DNA of 64,000 bases from Hypanus sabinus. Taxonomy: Eukaryota. Positions 11,721 through 24,505 of the stretch are shown here, piece after piece. The notes under the pieces were generated by a model. That model worked only from the letters and a program-made list of their open reading frames with translations. It was not told the DNA's origin and made no database searches. The stretch is taken from assembly GCF_030144855.1 (NCBI RefSeq), contig NC_082731.1, forward strand, positions 29,884,001 through 29,948,000. Direction: 5' to 3'. Each line of letters starts with the position of its first letter. Position 1 is the first letter of the stretch. The translations under genes were made by a program, and so were the position numbers.

Positions 11721-14180
11721 TGTCTGCAACTCTGTTTTAAATGAATGCCCCTCTATCCTGAGGCTGTGCCCGCTTGTCCTAGACTCCCCCACCATAGGAA
11801 ACATCCTTTCCACATCTACTCAGTCTAGGCCTTTCAATATTCGAAAGGTTTCGATGAGATACCCCCTCATCCTGCTAAATTCCAGCGAGTACAGACCCGA
11901 AGCCATCAAACGTTCCTTTCCTTCCCAGAATCATCCTTGTGAAACTCATCTGAACTTTCTCCAATGCCAGCACATCTTTTCCTAGATTAGGAGCCCAAAA
12001 CTGTTCACAATACTCAAGGTGAGGCATCACTGGTGCCTTATAAAGCCTCAGCATCACATCCCTGCTCTTATATTCCAGGCCTCTTGAAATAAATGCGACC
12101 ACTGCATTTGCCTTCCTCACCACCGACTCAACCTGCAAGTTAACCTTCAGGTTGTTCTGCACAAAAACTCCCAAGTCCTTTTGCATCTCAGGTTTTTGGA
12201 ATTTCTCCCTATTTAGAAAATAATCTGCACATTTATTTCTGTTACCAAAGTACATGACCATGCACTTTCTTGCCCATTCTCCTAATCTGCCTAAGTCTTT
12301 CTGGAGCCTTCTTGTTCCTCAACACTAAACTTCGTATCATCTGCAAATTTGGCCACAAAGCCATCTATTCCACCATCCAAATCATTGATATACAGCATAA
12401 GAAGAAGTGGTCCCAACTCCGACCTCTGCAGAACACCACCAGTCACTGGCAACTAACCAGAAAAGGATCTTTTTATTCTCACTCGCTGCCTCCTACCAAT
12501 CAGCCAATGCTCTAATCATGCTAATAACTTTCCTGGAATACCATGGGCTCTTAACTTGATAAGCAACCTTGTGTGTGGCACCTTGTCATAGGCATCCCCT
12601 TATCTATCCTCACATACAAACAAGTTGGATGAATTCAGCAGGTTGGGCAGCATCCATTAAAATGTGCAGTCAACGTTTCGGGCCGAGACCCTTCGTCAGG
12701 ACTGAATGTAGATTCATCAGGTCTCGGCCAGAGTCCAATGATTCGTGAAGGATCATTACTAATGCTTCCACAATCTCTACCGTTGCCTCTTTCAGAACTC
12801 TAGGATGCAGTTCATCTGGTCTGGGTGACTTATGTACCTTTAAGCCTTTCATTTTTGAGCACCTTCTCCTTTCTCTTCTCTCACACCCTTCAACACCTGA
12901 CACATTGCTACTGTCTTCCACAATGAACACTGATGCAAAATACTCATTTCGTTCACCTGCCATCCCCATGTCTATTCCCATTATTAATAATCCCCATTAT
13001 TAATTCTCCAGCCTTATTTTCTGGTGGTCCTATATACACTCTCATCTTTTTTTTATATAATTGAGAAAGCTTTTTCTATCCACCTTGATATTGCTTGCTA
13101 GCTTGCTTTCATATTTCATCTTTTCCCTCCTAATGATTCCTTTGGTTGCTTTCTGTAGGTTTTTAAAAGCTTCTCAAACCTCTATCTAACAGTAAATTTT
13201 TTTGCTTTGTTGTATGCCCTCACGTTTGCTTTTACGTTTGTCAACCACGGTTGTATTATTTTGCCATTTGAGTATTTTGTTATTTCTGGTATACATCTAT
13301 CCTGCACCTTTTCCCAAAAACTCAAGCCACTGCTGCTCTATCATCCCCGCTAGCATCTCCTTCCAATTTACTTTGACCAATTCCTCTCTCACACCACTGT
13401 GATTTCCTTTACTCCACTGAAATACTGCTACGTCAAATTTCAATTTGAACTCAATAATTCACTGTCTCCAAACAGTTCCTTTACCTTAAACTCCCTAATC
13501 TCCTCCAGTTCATTACATAATACCCAATCCAGTATAACTGATCCCCTAGTAGGCTCAATGACAACCTGCTGTAAACAGCCATCTCACAAACATTCAAATT
13601 TACTCTCTGGAGATCCATTAGCAACCTGATTTTCCCAACCTACCTGCATGTTAAAATCTCCCATGACTATCATAACACTGCCCTTTTGACACATCATTTT
13701 TATTTCCATTGTAATCTGTCGTCCACATCCCAGCTACTGTTTGGAGGCCTGACTATAACTGCCATCAGGGTCCTTTTACCCTTGCAGTTTCTTAACTCAA
13801 CCCACAAGGATTCAACATCTTCCGATCCTAAGGATCCTGTCTTTTCTAATGATTTGATGCCATTTTTTACCAGCAGAGTCACGTCACCCCCTCTGCCTAC
13901 CTTCCTATCCCTCTGATTCCACGTGTATCCATAGACATTCAGCTCCCAACGACAACCATCCTTCAAGCACGATTCAGTGATGGCCACAACATCATACCTG
14001 ACAACCTGTAAAATTGCACCAAGATCATCCACCTTATTTCTTATACTCCATGCACTGAGATATAACACGTTGAGTACTGAATTTGCTACCCTTCTTGATT
14101 CAGCAACCCTAATGCATTGATACTCATCCGGCTGGCTGCAATTTTGTCCTGTCATCTGCAGGCCCTTCCAGACAGTCTGC
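11720..14180 (-). mobile_element. CR1-clade LINE fragments (endonuclease to RT C-terminus), degraded
   Basis: LYLSAWSIRNKVDDL..YDVVAITESCL; SPRPDELHPRVLKE; QKDLGVFV..MPHLEYCEQFWAP. Confidence 0.88.
12667..12704 (-). ncRNA. Minimal type-I hammerhead-ribozyme motif within a Penelope pLTR-like repeat
   Basis: Minus strand reads CAGUC-CUGACGA-A-GGGUCUCGGCCC-GAAAC-GUU-GACUG: 5-bp stem I, stem II with loop, palindromic ACGU stem III. Confidence 0.55.
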
Positions 14181-14349
14181 ACGCTAACTTTGCTTTTTTA
14201 CCATCCATCCTATCCTGAGTCCCTTCACTCGGTTAAACACGTGCCTGCTGAACCCTGGCACTTCATGTAACTTGACCCCCTGACTTCAACCCACCATGTG
14301 AGATCTGAATATCAGGAGCGCAGGTCACCCGGGATCACTGCGTCAACTG

Positions 14350-14730
14350 AAAGATGGAATAGGTTAGGACTTTATTCCCTCAAGCTTTGCAGAATGAGGT
14401 GAATTGATAGAAACAGGCAAAATTATGAAGGGAATAGATAGGGAAATGCAAGCAGGCTTTTTCCACTGAGCTTGGGTGAGACGAGCACGAGAGGTCATAG
14501 GTTAAGTGTGAAAGGTGAAAGGGGAGCCTCTTCACCCTCAGGGTGGTGCGAGTGTGGGAAAAGCTGCCAGCAGCAGTGGTGGATGTGGGGTCAATCGCAA
14601 CATTTAAGAGCAGTTTGGATAGTATATGCATAGGAGGGGCATGCAGGGCTATGGCTCAGGTGTAACGCAATGGAACTGGGCAGAATAATTCAGAACGGAC
14701 TAGGTGGGCTGAAGTGCTCTCCGACTCTAT
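14350..14730 (+). mobile_element. CR1 3' end fragment
   Basis: RLGLYSL..IMKGIDR..TRGHRL motif followed by a CR1-type 3' UTR. Confidence 0.75.
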
Positions 14731-16239
14731 GACCAGGTCACCTACGGCAGCTCAGGAGAAGCGGAAGCAGGAGCCACTCTTCAGCGCCCTCTGGGAACCA
14801 ACCCTACCACTCCAGTGGCAAACCGAGCGCTCAGCACCCAGGAGGACACAAAGAGCCTCGGGCATGGGCTGGATGGACAGTTGCCCTGGATACCTCCAGG
14901 CTTGTAGTGGGCACTACTGAGGGGAGGACATCCTGTCCAGGACACCATTCACCCAGTCACCCTTTCACCCTGTAGCAGGATCCCAGTTAACCTCATCATC
15001 CCGGATTCTCTGGCTGTTCCTTGCCCTATATCCATGACCTTCCCATTAACAATCTATGCTACCATTCCCTGGTCTTCCCATGTCATTCCTTCTCTGGACT
15101 CTGACAGGATCACCACTTTCGCTGGGCTTTTCCAGGTTTCTTTTGCCTCCCAAACGCTGCTGCTCTACAGAGATTGACCAAGAGCAGCGATTCCCAAGCT
15201 GGGGGGTGGGGGGGGGCGGTGATACACATTTTAGGGGTTTGAGAATGTTCTTAAACCACTTCCTCTATACCCCTTATAACCACTTGCAAATACTCACTCT
15301 GAGCTCCCTCGTAGTGAGTCTGGTGTAAGCAAATAGAACGGACGGCCACTGCAGCCCTTAGAATCTCATTGCTCTTATTGGATTCGGCTGTGGGCCTGGG
15401 GAGAGGACGCTGAGCTGGTTCACTTACCCAATTTAAATGCCGGCCCAGATCGGGGGTGAGAGCCGATTTCACTCGCTCCCTGCGATCTTCTTGCCTCTCT
15501 CCGAGACACCGGAGCCTTTCACTGTTCCACTGTTAAACGCTGGGCCAGATAAAGGGTGTGGGGACGAGAGCTGATTTCCCCCATTCTCCGCGATGGCCAT
15601 CTCCATGGCACTGAGGCTATGAAGACTGCCCTGGCTGCAGTGCTCTGTGCTGCTAATATGATGAACTGAGAAGTGAGGCTTTGGGCATACTCTGGGCCGC
15701 TGCAGGGTTTGCATCTGAGGCCTCAGTTTTGATTCGGAATGCTGTTACATGATTCCTCTTTTTCTTCTGCCTCTTGCACGTCAGGTGTTGGTCTTTTCTT
15801 TTTACTCTTGTTCTTGAATTGGGCTCTTCCGGGTTTCTTGCTCTGTGGCTACCTGTGAGCAAGTAAGCCTCAAGGTTGTATAATGTAAGCATTCTTCGAT
15901 AATGTGAGCTGAGGTCAGTTTGATGGAAAGTATTTGGTTCCTTGTACTAATAACCTGCAGCCACTGGGTGTCAGAGGCGTTCTGCTAAATACAGTGGATT
16001 CCAGTTAATTGAGACGCATCAGGACCGGTATGTTTTGGCCCAGTTAAGCAACTGCCTCAATTAGTTTAAGTTTCATGGAAATGGTTAAAAAGTTATCAAT
16101 AAAACTACCATTTAACTGATTAAGAACTTATGTATGAAAATGAAATACTGAACAAATTAGAAGATTATCAACACTGCTATAAAACTGTGTATCGACAAAT
16201 TCTTTCACTGCTGTGTTGGAGGAGCAACATCTCATAATC

Positions 16240-16432
16240 CAGGCAGCACACTGAAAGTGCTGGAGGGACTCAGCAGGCCAGGCAGCATCTATGGAAAAGA
16301 GTAAACAGTTGATGTTTCAGGTTGAGACTCTTCAACAGCAGTCCTGAGAAAGGGTCTCGGCCCAAAACATTGACTGCACTCTTTTCCATATGTGCTGCCT
16401 GGCTTGCTGAGTTCCTCCAGCATTTTGAGTGT
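16240..16432. repeat. Long imperfect palindrome of a pLTR-like repeat (two ~85-bp arms)
   Basis: TGCTGGAGGGACTCAGCAGGCCAGGCAGCATCTATGGAAAAGAGT is the reverse complement of ACTCTTTTCCATATGTGCTGCCTGGCTTGCTGAGTTCCTCCAGCA with few mismatches. Confidence 0.85.
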
Positions 16433-16784
16433 GTAGCTTGAATTTCCAGCATCTGCATCTGTGACCTCGTAGTCCATCTGGGTAGTCCCCAACCTGACAA
16501 CATGGACACAATTTCTCCAACTTCTGGAAATTGGAACTGGAAGAAGATAGCGCCAGCAAACGCTACCAAAGATGACGTCCTCAAGATGGGTCACAAAGCA
16601 ATTCTTTTCACTTCTTTTACATCTGCTTTTTATATCAGATGTGGTTCTGCTACTGTTAGAGCCTGTTACCTCCATTCTGGTGGCTTGCTTTCGGGCCAAT
16701 CTGGTGCTTTGCAAGAGGGCTCCAAGGGGCTACAACCATGGAGGCCGGCTGTTCCCGAGTGAAAGTCCTTTCAGTGAAGTGATA

Positions 16785-16903
16785 TCTCTCTCTCTCTCTC
16801 CCTCCTCACCCCTCTCTCTCTCTCTCTCCCCCCTCTCCCCCTCTCTCTCTCTCTCTCTCTCCCCCCCCCCTCTCCCCCTCTCCTCTCACCCCCCCTCTCT
16901 CCC
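16785..16903. repeat. CT/C-rich microsatellite
   Basis: (CT)n interspersed with C runs. Confidence 0.9.
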
Positions 16904-17368
16904 TTAATTCTGTCACCAGATGGTGCCCGAGCAAGATTTAATCGACACGGATTGTAGATTTGTACTCTAATTCAGGTTTATAAAACCATAAGACCTTAAG
17001 ACAAAGGAGCAGATATCAGCCATTTGGCCCATTGAGTCTGCTCCACCATTTTATCATGAGCTGATCCATTCTCCCATTTAGATCCACTGCCCCGCCTTCT
17101 CACCATAACCTTTGATGCCCTGGCTACTCAGATACCCATCAATCTCTGCCTTAAATACACCCAATGACCCAGCCTCCACTGCCGCCCGTGGCAACAAATT
17201 CCACAGATTCACCACAAATTATGGTGCGTTCTAGTATCTACTTTGAGTTATGGTCGCTCTTTTTTGTTACAATTGGGCAATATTTGAATCAGAAAGCCCT
17301 GCAGATAATGAACACAGAACTGAACAGTCCTGAAATATATCTTTCCATTTTCAGTTTTTGTTCATTTT

Positions 17369-17892
17369 NNNNNNNNNNNNNNNNNNNNNNNNNNNNNNNN
17401 NNNNNNNNNNNNNNNNNNNNNNNNNNNNNNNNNNNNNNNNNNNNNNNNNNNNNNNNNNNNNNNNNNNNNNNNNNNNNNNNNNNNNNNNNNNNNNNNNNNN
17501 NNNNNNNNNNNNNNNNNNNNNNNNNNNNNNNNNNNNNNNNNNNNNNNNNNNNNNNNNNNNNNNNNNNNNNNNNNNNNNNNNNNNNNNNNNNNNNNNNNNN
17601 NNNNNNNNNNNNNNNNNNNNNNNNNNNNNNNNNNNNNNNNNNNNNNNNNNNNNNNNNNNNNNNNNNNNNNNNNNNNNNNNNNNNNNNNNNNNNNNNNNNN
17701 NNNNNNNNNNNNNNNNNNNNNNNNNNNNNNNNNNNNNNNNNNNNNNNNNNNNNNNNNNNNNNNNNNNNNNNNNNNNNNNNNNNNNNNNNNNNNNNNNNNN
17801 NNNNNNNNNNNNNNNNNNNNNNNNNNNNNNNNNNNNNNNNNNNNNNNNNNNNNNNNNNNNNNNNNNNNNNNNNNNNNNNNNNNNNNNNNNNN
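17369..17892. other. Assembly gap (524 N)
   Basis: Run of n. Confidence 0.99.
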
Positions 17893-18621
17893 GGGGAGTG
17901 TTTGATGATTTTCTTTGAACAGATTGGTTCTATGGTTTATAAAAACTGCAAACCACTCACCTCGAAGTCCAGTGCTGATGCCCCTCACCACCGGCCAGTC
18001 TCCATGACTGATGCACCGTGGATATTGTCTGTCCAGAGTTTCAAGAGTATTTTTTCTCTGCAATGTAACTTGAACAGGTTTTACTTTGCTTTGGTGATGA
18101 TTACATTCTGCCTGTGGTAGCCCTGATGCTAATTTGAACTGACCTGATGCAGGGATTCAACAGTTTCTTTCCAGTCATCAGTACGACTGAAATCACTGTG
18201 TTTCTGCAGCAGATTGTGTGTTGTTCTGGATTCCAGTATCTGCAGTCTCTTGTGTCTGGATTGAAGTTGACTTGATGGAAAGCATTTGGTATCTTGCAGT
18301 GACAACCTGCAACCACTGGGGGTCAGAGCAACACCTCTGAAATAAAGCATTGAGGCTTCAGTCGAACAGACTGCTGTAATAGCAACCTCACGCCACTGGG
18401 TGTCAGCGTTACAGACAGACAGAGAGGGGTTGATGGAGAGTTTGGGTGAAACAGTGCACAGGAGGAGTCCACTGTGCCAGGAGGTCCTGAGGTGACAGGA
18501 GCTCTTCAGGTGAATCTGTCACATTGCTACGTGGTTTCCTCCCACACACAAAGATATGTAGGTTAATTGGCTATTGTAGATTGCCCGCAGTGTGGATTGA
18601 TAGAGTCCTACAGCGTGGACA

Positions 18622-21480
18622 GTACAGACTCTGGATAATGGTTAGTGCAGAGTCAGTAGTCAATGATTAGTATAGACTCAGTGGTTAATATTTAGTACAG
18701 GCTCAGTGGTTAATGGTTAGTACAGAGTGGTTAATGTTTAGTACAGGCTCAATGGTTAATGGTTAGTACAGGCTCAATGATTAATGGTTAGTACAGGCTC
18801 AGTGGTTAATGGTCAGTACAGACTCAATGGTTAATGGCTAGTACAGGCTCGGTGGTTAATGGTTAGTACAGACAGTGGTTAATGGTTAGTCCAGAATCAG
18901 TATTTTTAATGATTAGTGCAAACTCAGTGTGGTTAGTAGATAGTACAGACTCTGGATAATGGTTAATGCAGAGTCAGTAGTTAATGGTTAGTATAGATTC
19001 AGTGGTTAATGTTTAGTACCGGCTCAGTGGTTAATGGTTAGTACAGACTTAGTGGTTAATGGTTCGTACAGACTTAGTGGTTAACGGTTAGTACAGGCTC
19101 AGTGGTTAATGGTTAGTACAGACTCAGTCGTTAATGGTTAGTACAGACTTAGTGGTTAATGGTTAGTGCTGACTCAGTGGTTAATGTCTAGTACAGACTC
19201 AGTTGTTAATGATTAGTCCAGAATCAGTGTTTTTAATGATTAGTTGAAACTCAGTGTGGTTAATAGATAGTACAGACTCTGGATAATGGTTAATACAGAG
19301 TGAGTAATTAATGGTTAGTATAGATTCAGTGGTTAATGTTTAGTACAGACTCAGTGGTTAATGGTTAGTACAGAATCAGTATTTTTAATGATTAGTGCAA
19401 ACTCAGTGTGGTTAGTAGATAGTACAGACTCTGGATAATGGTTAGTGCAGAGTCAGTAGTTAATGGTTAGTATAGATTCAGTGGTTAATGTTTAGTACCG
19501 GCTCAGTGGTTGATGATTAGTACAGACTTAGTGGTTAATGGTTAGTACAAACTCAGTGGTTAATGTTTAGTACAGACTCAGTGGTTAATGTTTAGTACAG
19601 TCTCAGTGGTTAACGGTTAGTACAGACATAGTGGTCAATGGTTAGTACAGACTTAGTGGTTAATGGTTAGTACAGGCTCAGTGGTTAATGTCTAGTACAG
19701 ACTCAGTGGTTAACGGTTAGTACAGACATAGTGGTCAATGGTTAGTACAGACTTAGTGGTTAATGGTTAGTACAAACTCAGTGGTTAATGTTTAGTACAG
19801 ACTCAGTGGTTAATGGTTAGTACAGACTCAGTGGTTAATGGTTAGTACAGGCTCAGTGGTTAATGTTTAGTACAGACTCAGCGGTTAATGGTTAGTACAG
19901 GCTCGGTGGTTAATGTTTAGTACAGACTCAGTGGTTAACGGTTAGTACAGACTCAGTGGTTAATGTTTAGTACAGACTCAGTGGTTAACGGTTAGTACAG
20001 ACTCAGTGGTTAATGGTTAGTACAGGCTCAGTGGTTAATGTTTAGTACAGACTCAGCGGTTAATGGTTAGTACAGGCTCGGTGGTTAATGTTTAGTACAG
20101 ACTCAGTGGTTAACGGTTAGTACAGACTCGGTGGTTAATGTTTAGTACAGACTCAGTGGTTAATGGTTAGTACAAACTCAGTGGTTAATGTTTAGTACAG
20201 ACTCAGTGGTTAACGGTTAGTACAGACTCAGTGGTTAATGGTTAGTACAGGCTCAGTGGTTAATGTTTAGTACAGACTCAGCGGTTAATGGTTAGTACAG
20301 GCTCGGTGGTTAATGTTTAGTACAGACTCAGTGGTTAACGGTTAGTACAGACTCGGTGGTTAATGTTTAGTACAGACTCAGTGGTTAACGGTTAGTACAG
20401 ACTCAGTGGTTAATGGTTAGTACAGGCTCAGTGGTTAATGTCTAGTACAGACTCAGTGGTTAATGGTTAGTACAGGCTCAGTGGTTAATGTTTAGTACAG
20501 ACTCAGTGGTTAACAGTTAGTACAGACTCAGTGGTTAATGGTTAGTACAGGCTCAGTGGTTAATGTCTAGTACAGACTCAGTGGTTAACGGTTAGTACAG
20601 ACTCAGTGGTTAATGGTTCGTACAGACTCAGTGGTTAATGGTTCGTACAGACTTAGTGGTCAATGTTTAGTACAGGCTCAGTGGTTAATGGTTAGTACAG
20701 ACTTAGTGGTTAATGGTTCGTACAGACTTAGTGGTCAATGTTTAGTACAGGCTCAGTGGTTATTGTTTAGTACAGTTTAAGTGGTTAATGGTTAGTGCTG
20801 GCTCAGTGGTTAATGGTTAGTACAGGCTCAGTGGTTAATGGTTAGTGCTGGCTCAGTGGTTAATGTTTAGTGCAGACTCAGTGGTTAATGGTTAGTCCAG
20901 AATCAGTATTTTTAATGATTAGTGCAAACTCAGTGTGGTTAGTAGATAGTACAGACTCTGGATAATGGTTAATGCAGAGTCAGTGGTTAATGGTTAGTAT
21001 AGATTCAGTGGTTAATGTTTAGTACAGGCTCAGAGGTTAATGGTTAGTACAGACATAGTGGTTAATGGTTAGTACAGACTTAGTGGTTATTGTTTAGTAC
21101 AGGCTCAGTGGTTAATGGTTAGTACAGGCTCAGTCGTTAATGGTTAGTACAGATTCAGTGGTTAATGTTTAGTACAGGCTCAGTGGTTAATGGTTAGTAC
21201 AGGCTCAGTGGTTAATGGTTAGTGCAGACAGCGGTTAATGGTTAGTGCTGACTCAGTGGTTAATGTCTAGTACAGACTCAGTGGTTAATGGTTAGTCCAG
21301 AATCAGTGTTTTTAATGATTAGTGCAAACTCAGTGTGGTTAGTAGATAGTACAGACTCTGGATAATGGTTAGTGCAGAGTCAGTAGTTAATGGTTAGTAT
21401 ACTCAGTGGTTAATGGTTTGTACAAACTCAATGGTTAATGGTTAAGCCAGACTCAGTGATTAATGGTTAGTACAGACTCC
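18622..21480. repeat. 25-bp tandem satellite (GTGGTTAATGGTTAGTACAGACTCA)n, roughly 110 units
   Basis: Seen directly; most homogeneous around 19700-20640. Confidence 0.97.
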
Positions 21481-22304
21481 ATGAGATGTTGGGCCTGTTT
21501 CTGTGCTGTATCTCTCTATCTTACAGGAAACAGTACAGACTGAGTACGGAAGCCCTTGTAAGTGTTCCCCGGACGAACCATCAAAAGAGATAAGTCTGAC
21601 CCCATTACAATCTGAAGGGGAATGCAGACCTGAATCACCAGTGATTAATGTTCTTTCCCAGACACTGTCTACCTCGCTGTTTTCTGATTTTATTTTCGAC
21701 GCTCTTGCACATTCTAATAGAAAATGTGACTTCCTTGGGACTCAGCCCCCATTCATCATCAAAAACTTTTGTGGTTCATTTGTGGACATGGTTGGTCTGC
21801 AATGCAAAATAATCAGACCATTTTACCCAAAAGCAACCACTTGCATTTACAGTGTGACTTTAATATAGGAAATCATCAGAAGGTGTTTCACAGGAACATA
21901 AATCAGATGTCAGGACATAGAAGGAGAGGGGATGGCAGGTGAGGAAGTGTCTGGTCAGAGGAGGAATCTGGAAGCAATGCCTCAGTCCAACGGGATGATG
22001 TGCTGAAATGGTTTGCACCACAATTTACTGACTCACTGAGACGTCTGACACAGAGTGATGGAAGAGTGAAGGGAATGGAAATGACATCCATAAGATGGAT
22101 TTAAATTAAAGAGGAAGAGAAAGACACAGACTGCAGGTTTAAATTCACTAGAATGAATCTGTGGACTTTGTTGAGGAAGCTCCTCAGACAGAGTAATTGA
22201 CAGTAGGACTGGACTCCCATATGGAGGAGGGTGAGAGGAAACTCAGGAATAATTTTAGAATGAACTCATGGGAAAAATCAGTAAAGTCCATGTAAATTAT
22301 TTAA

Positions 22305-22592
22305 TTCATTTATTTATTGGCACACAGCATGGAATAGGCCCTTCTGGCCCTTCGAGCCACACTGCCCAGGAATCCCGATTTAATCCTCGTCTCATCACAG
22401 GACAATTTACAGTGACCAGTTAAAGTACCAAACTGAGGTACTTTAGACTTTGGACTGTGAGAGGAAACCAGAGTACCCGGTGGAAACCCACACATTCTCG
22501 GGGAGACATTACAATTTCCTTACAGGCTGTGGCAGGAATTGAACCCCAGGCTGCCTGCACCGTAAAGCACTCTGCTAACCCACTGCACTACC
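22305..22592 (-). mobile_element. tRNA-derived SINE (V-SINE/HE1-like) with CR1-like tail
   Basis: Minus strand has A-box-like GGTAGTGCAGTGG, B-box GGTTCAATTCC, central GGGTTTCCACCGGGTACTCTGGTTTCCTC and an A-rich tail. Confidence 0.8.
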
Positions 22593-24009
22593 AAATTCTG
22601 GGTTTCCCAGCCTGTCTGATGGATTCATTAATTAAAATTTAAACTTGTGTTGGGCCTGAACTCAAAGTTCTTCAGCAGTCAAGAAGGGGCATTAAAACCC
22701 TTTGCTTATGACCGCTGAAAACTGGCAGCAGACATTCTATTCAAATTCCATTGCTTAAATTAAACAATAAAATAGTCCCTATTCGAGCAATGTGATACCC
22801 GCCACTGAAAGTGGGAGTTTCCAGGAGATACACAGGCAATGGCAACTCACTGAGCAATTACATGTATATAAGTAATTATTTAAAAACAAACAAACACAAG
22901 AAAGTTAAACTACAATGAAAATAATAAAGTAGTACCATCCCAGTACCTTCGGGACCATTATTTGCAGTTTGTGAGATCTATCAATCTGTCCTTACCAGAA
23001 TTGATTCAAAGTTTAAAGAGACTCAAATCCAGTTCAGGTGATGTTATTTTATTCAAGGGGAACACAAAAATCAACAGCAAGGTACTGGCCCAGGGCTATT
23101 ACAGGAACAAATCTACACAGTTTACTATCCAGATGCCAGGGAAAAAGATTTGGTAGATATCTATACTTGCAGAACTCATCAGCTCACAACCTTTCAATGA
23201 CAGATTATTGATTCTCTCTGAATCTGCAAGTTTGTTATCCTTGATCTTCAGGGCCTGAGAGCTTCCAGGCCAATGATAACCCCCAATTCCCACAGTGATC
23301 CAAAGTGAATATGGTCTGTGTTGCTGTTTCAGTCTAAGCTTTATTCACTGGGCAGCAATTGTTCTCATCAACAAACATCAGCATGTCACACCGGGATTCT
23401 GCCCACCCATCGGTGTAATGTTGACAAGGCAGTCTGTGGCATCTTTTAGTTTCTCCTTCTTTTTCACTTTATTGATGACAATTCACAATTATCTGATCAC
23501 CAAGATGGACCTTAGTGCTCAGTCTGAGCAAACACACTTTAAGTAGTTGGTGGCAGTCTCCCAACTGCTTCAGAACATAAAGTGCAGGTGTACGTACATT
23601 TGAACTGCTCATTCCCATAACATAATCAATAAATCAATCAGTAACACTCAATCATCATTACAGTGAGCCCATTTCTGACACGTGGCAAATGCTCTGTAAT
23701 GAGGAGAGGGTCTTGCTGTCTCTGTGTCTTTTGACCTTTGATTTTGATTCATTTCATTTCATTCTGTATGGTAAACGTGAACCTGTTGGTTGGTGCAAAG
23801 CACAATGTTAGAATTGTATTTCCATATGTAAAGCAGTGTGTTTATTCTCTTTAGTAACACAGCTCCACTGGGAGGGCCCCCTGCTCAAATTAAACCTGCC
23901 TGTGAAACCGGAGAGGAAGTGTAAGGACTGAGTGTTAATATTATCGCAGAGTTTCAGACATCTGTCAGCTATTAATAACAAATAGTTACTGAGCTTCAAG
24001 TAAACCTAC

Positions 24010-24505
24010 AACACAGAACAGTACAGCACAGGAACAGGCCCTTCAGCCCATGATGACTGTGACAACCAGAACACCAAATTAATCTAAACTGAACTACCTG
24101 CACAGAATCCATATCGCTCCATATCCTGAATGGTCATGTGCTTTTTCAAATGTATCTCAACTGTACTATCATGCTGATTCACCACCACTCCTTCCAGTGC
24201 ATTACAGGCACCTACCACAAATCTCCTTTGAATGTTATACCCCTCACATTAAGTCTCTGTCCTTTTGGATATGACATTTTACCCTGGAAAATGACTTCGA
24301 CTGTCGACCATATCGATGACTCTGATGCTTTCATAAGCCTCTATCAGGTTGCCTCTCAGCCTACGCTCCAGAGTAAACAGTCAAAGATTGTTCAACCTCT
24401 CCTTACAGCTAATATTCTGTAATCCAGGCAACATGCTTGTGAATGTCTTTTACACCCTCTCCAAAGCCTCCACATCCTTCTTACAGTGGAGCAACCAGAA
24501 TTGGG
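24010..24505 (-). mobile_element. CR1 3' fragment
   Basis: Inverted CR1 3' UTR and RT-tail similarity to the other copies in this window. Confidence 0.7.

Noticed and set aside
17164-18120. Long ORFs (318, 186 and 233 aa) in the ORF track
   Set aside because: They are artefacts of translating the 524-N gap.
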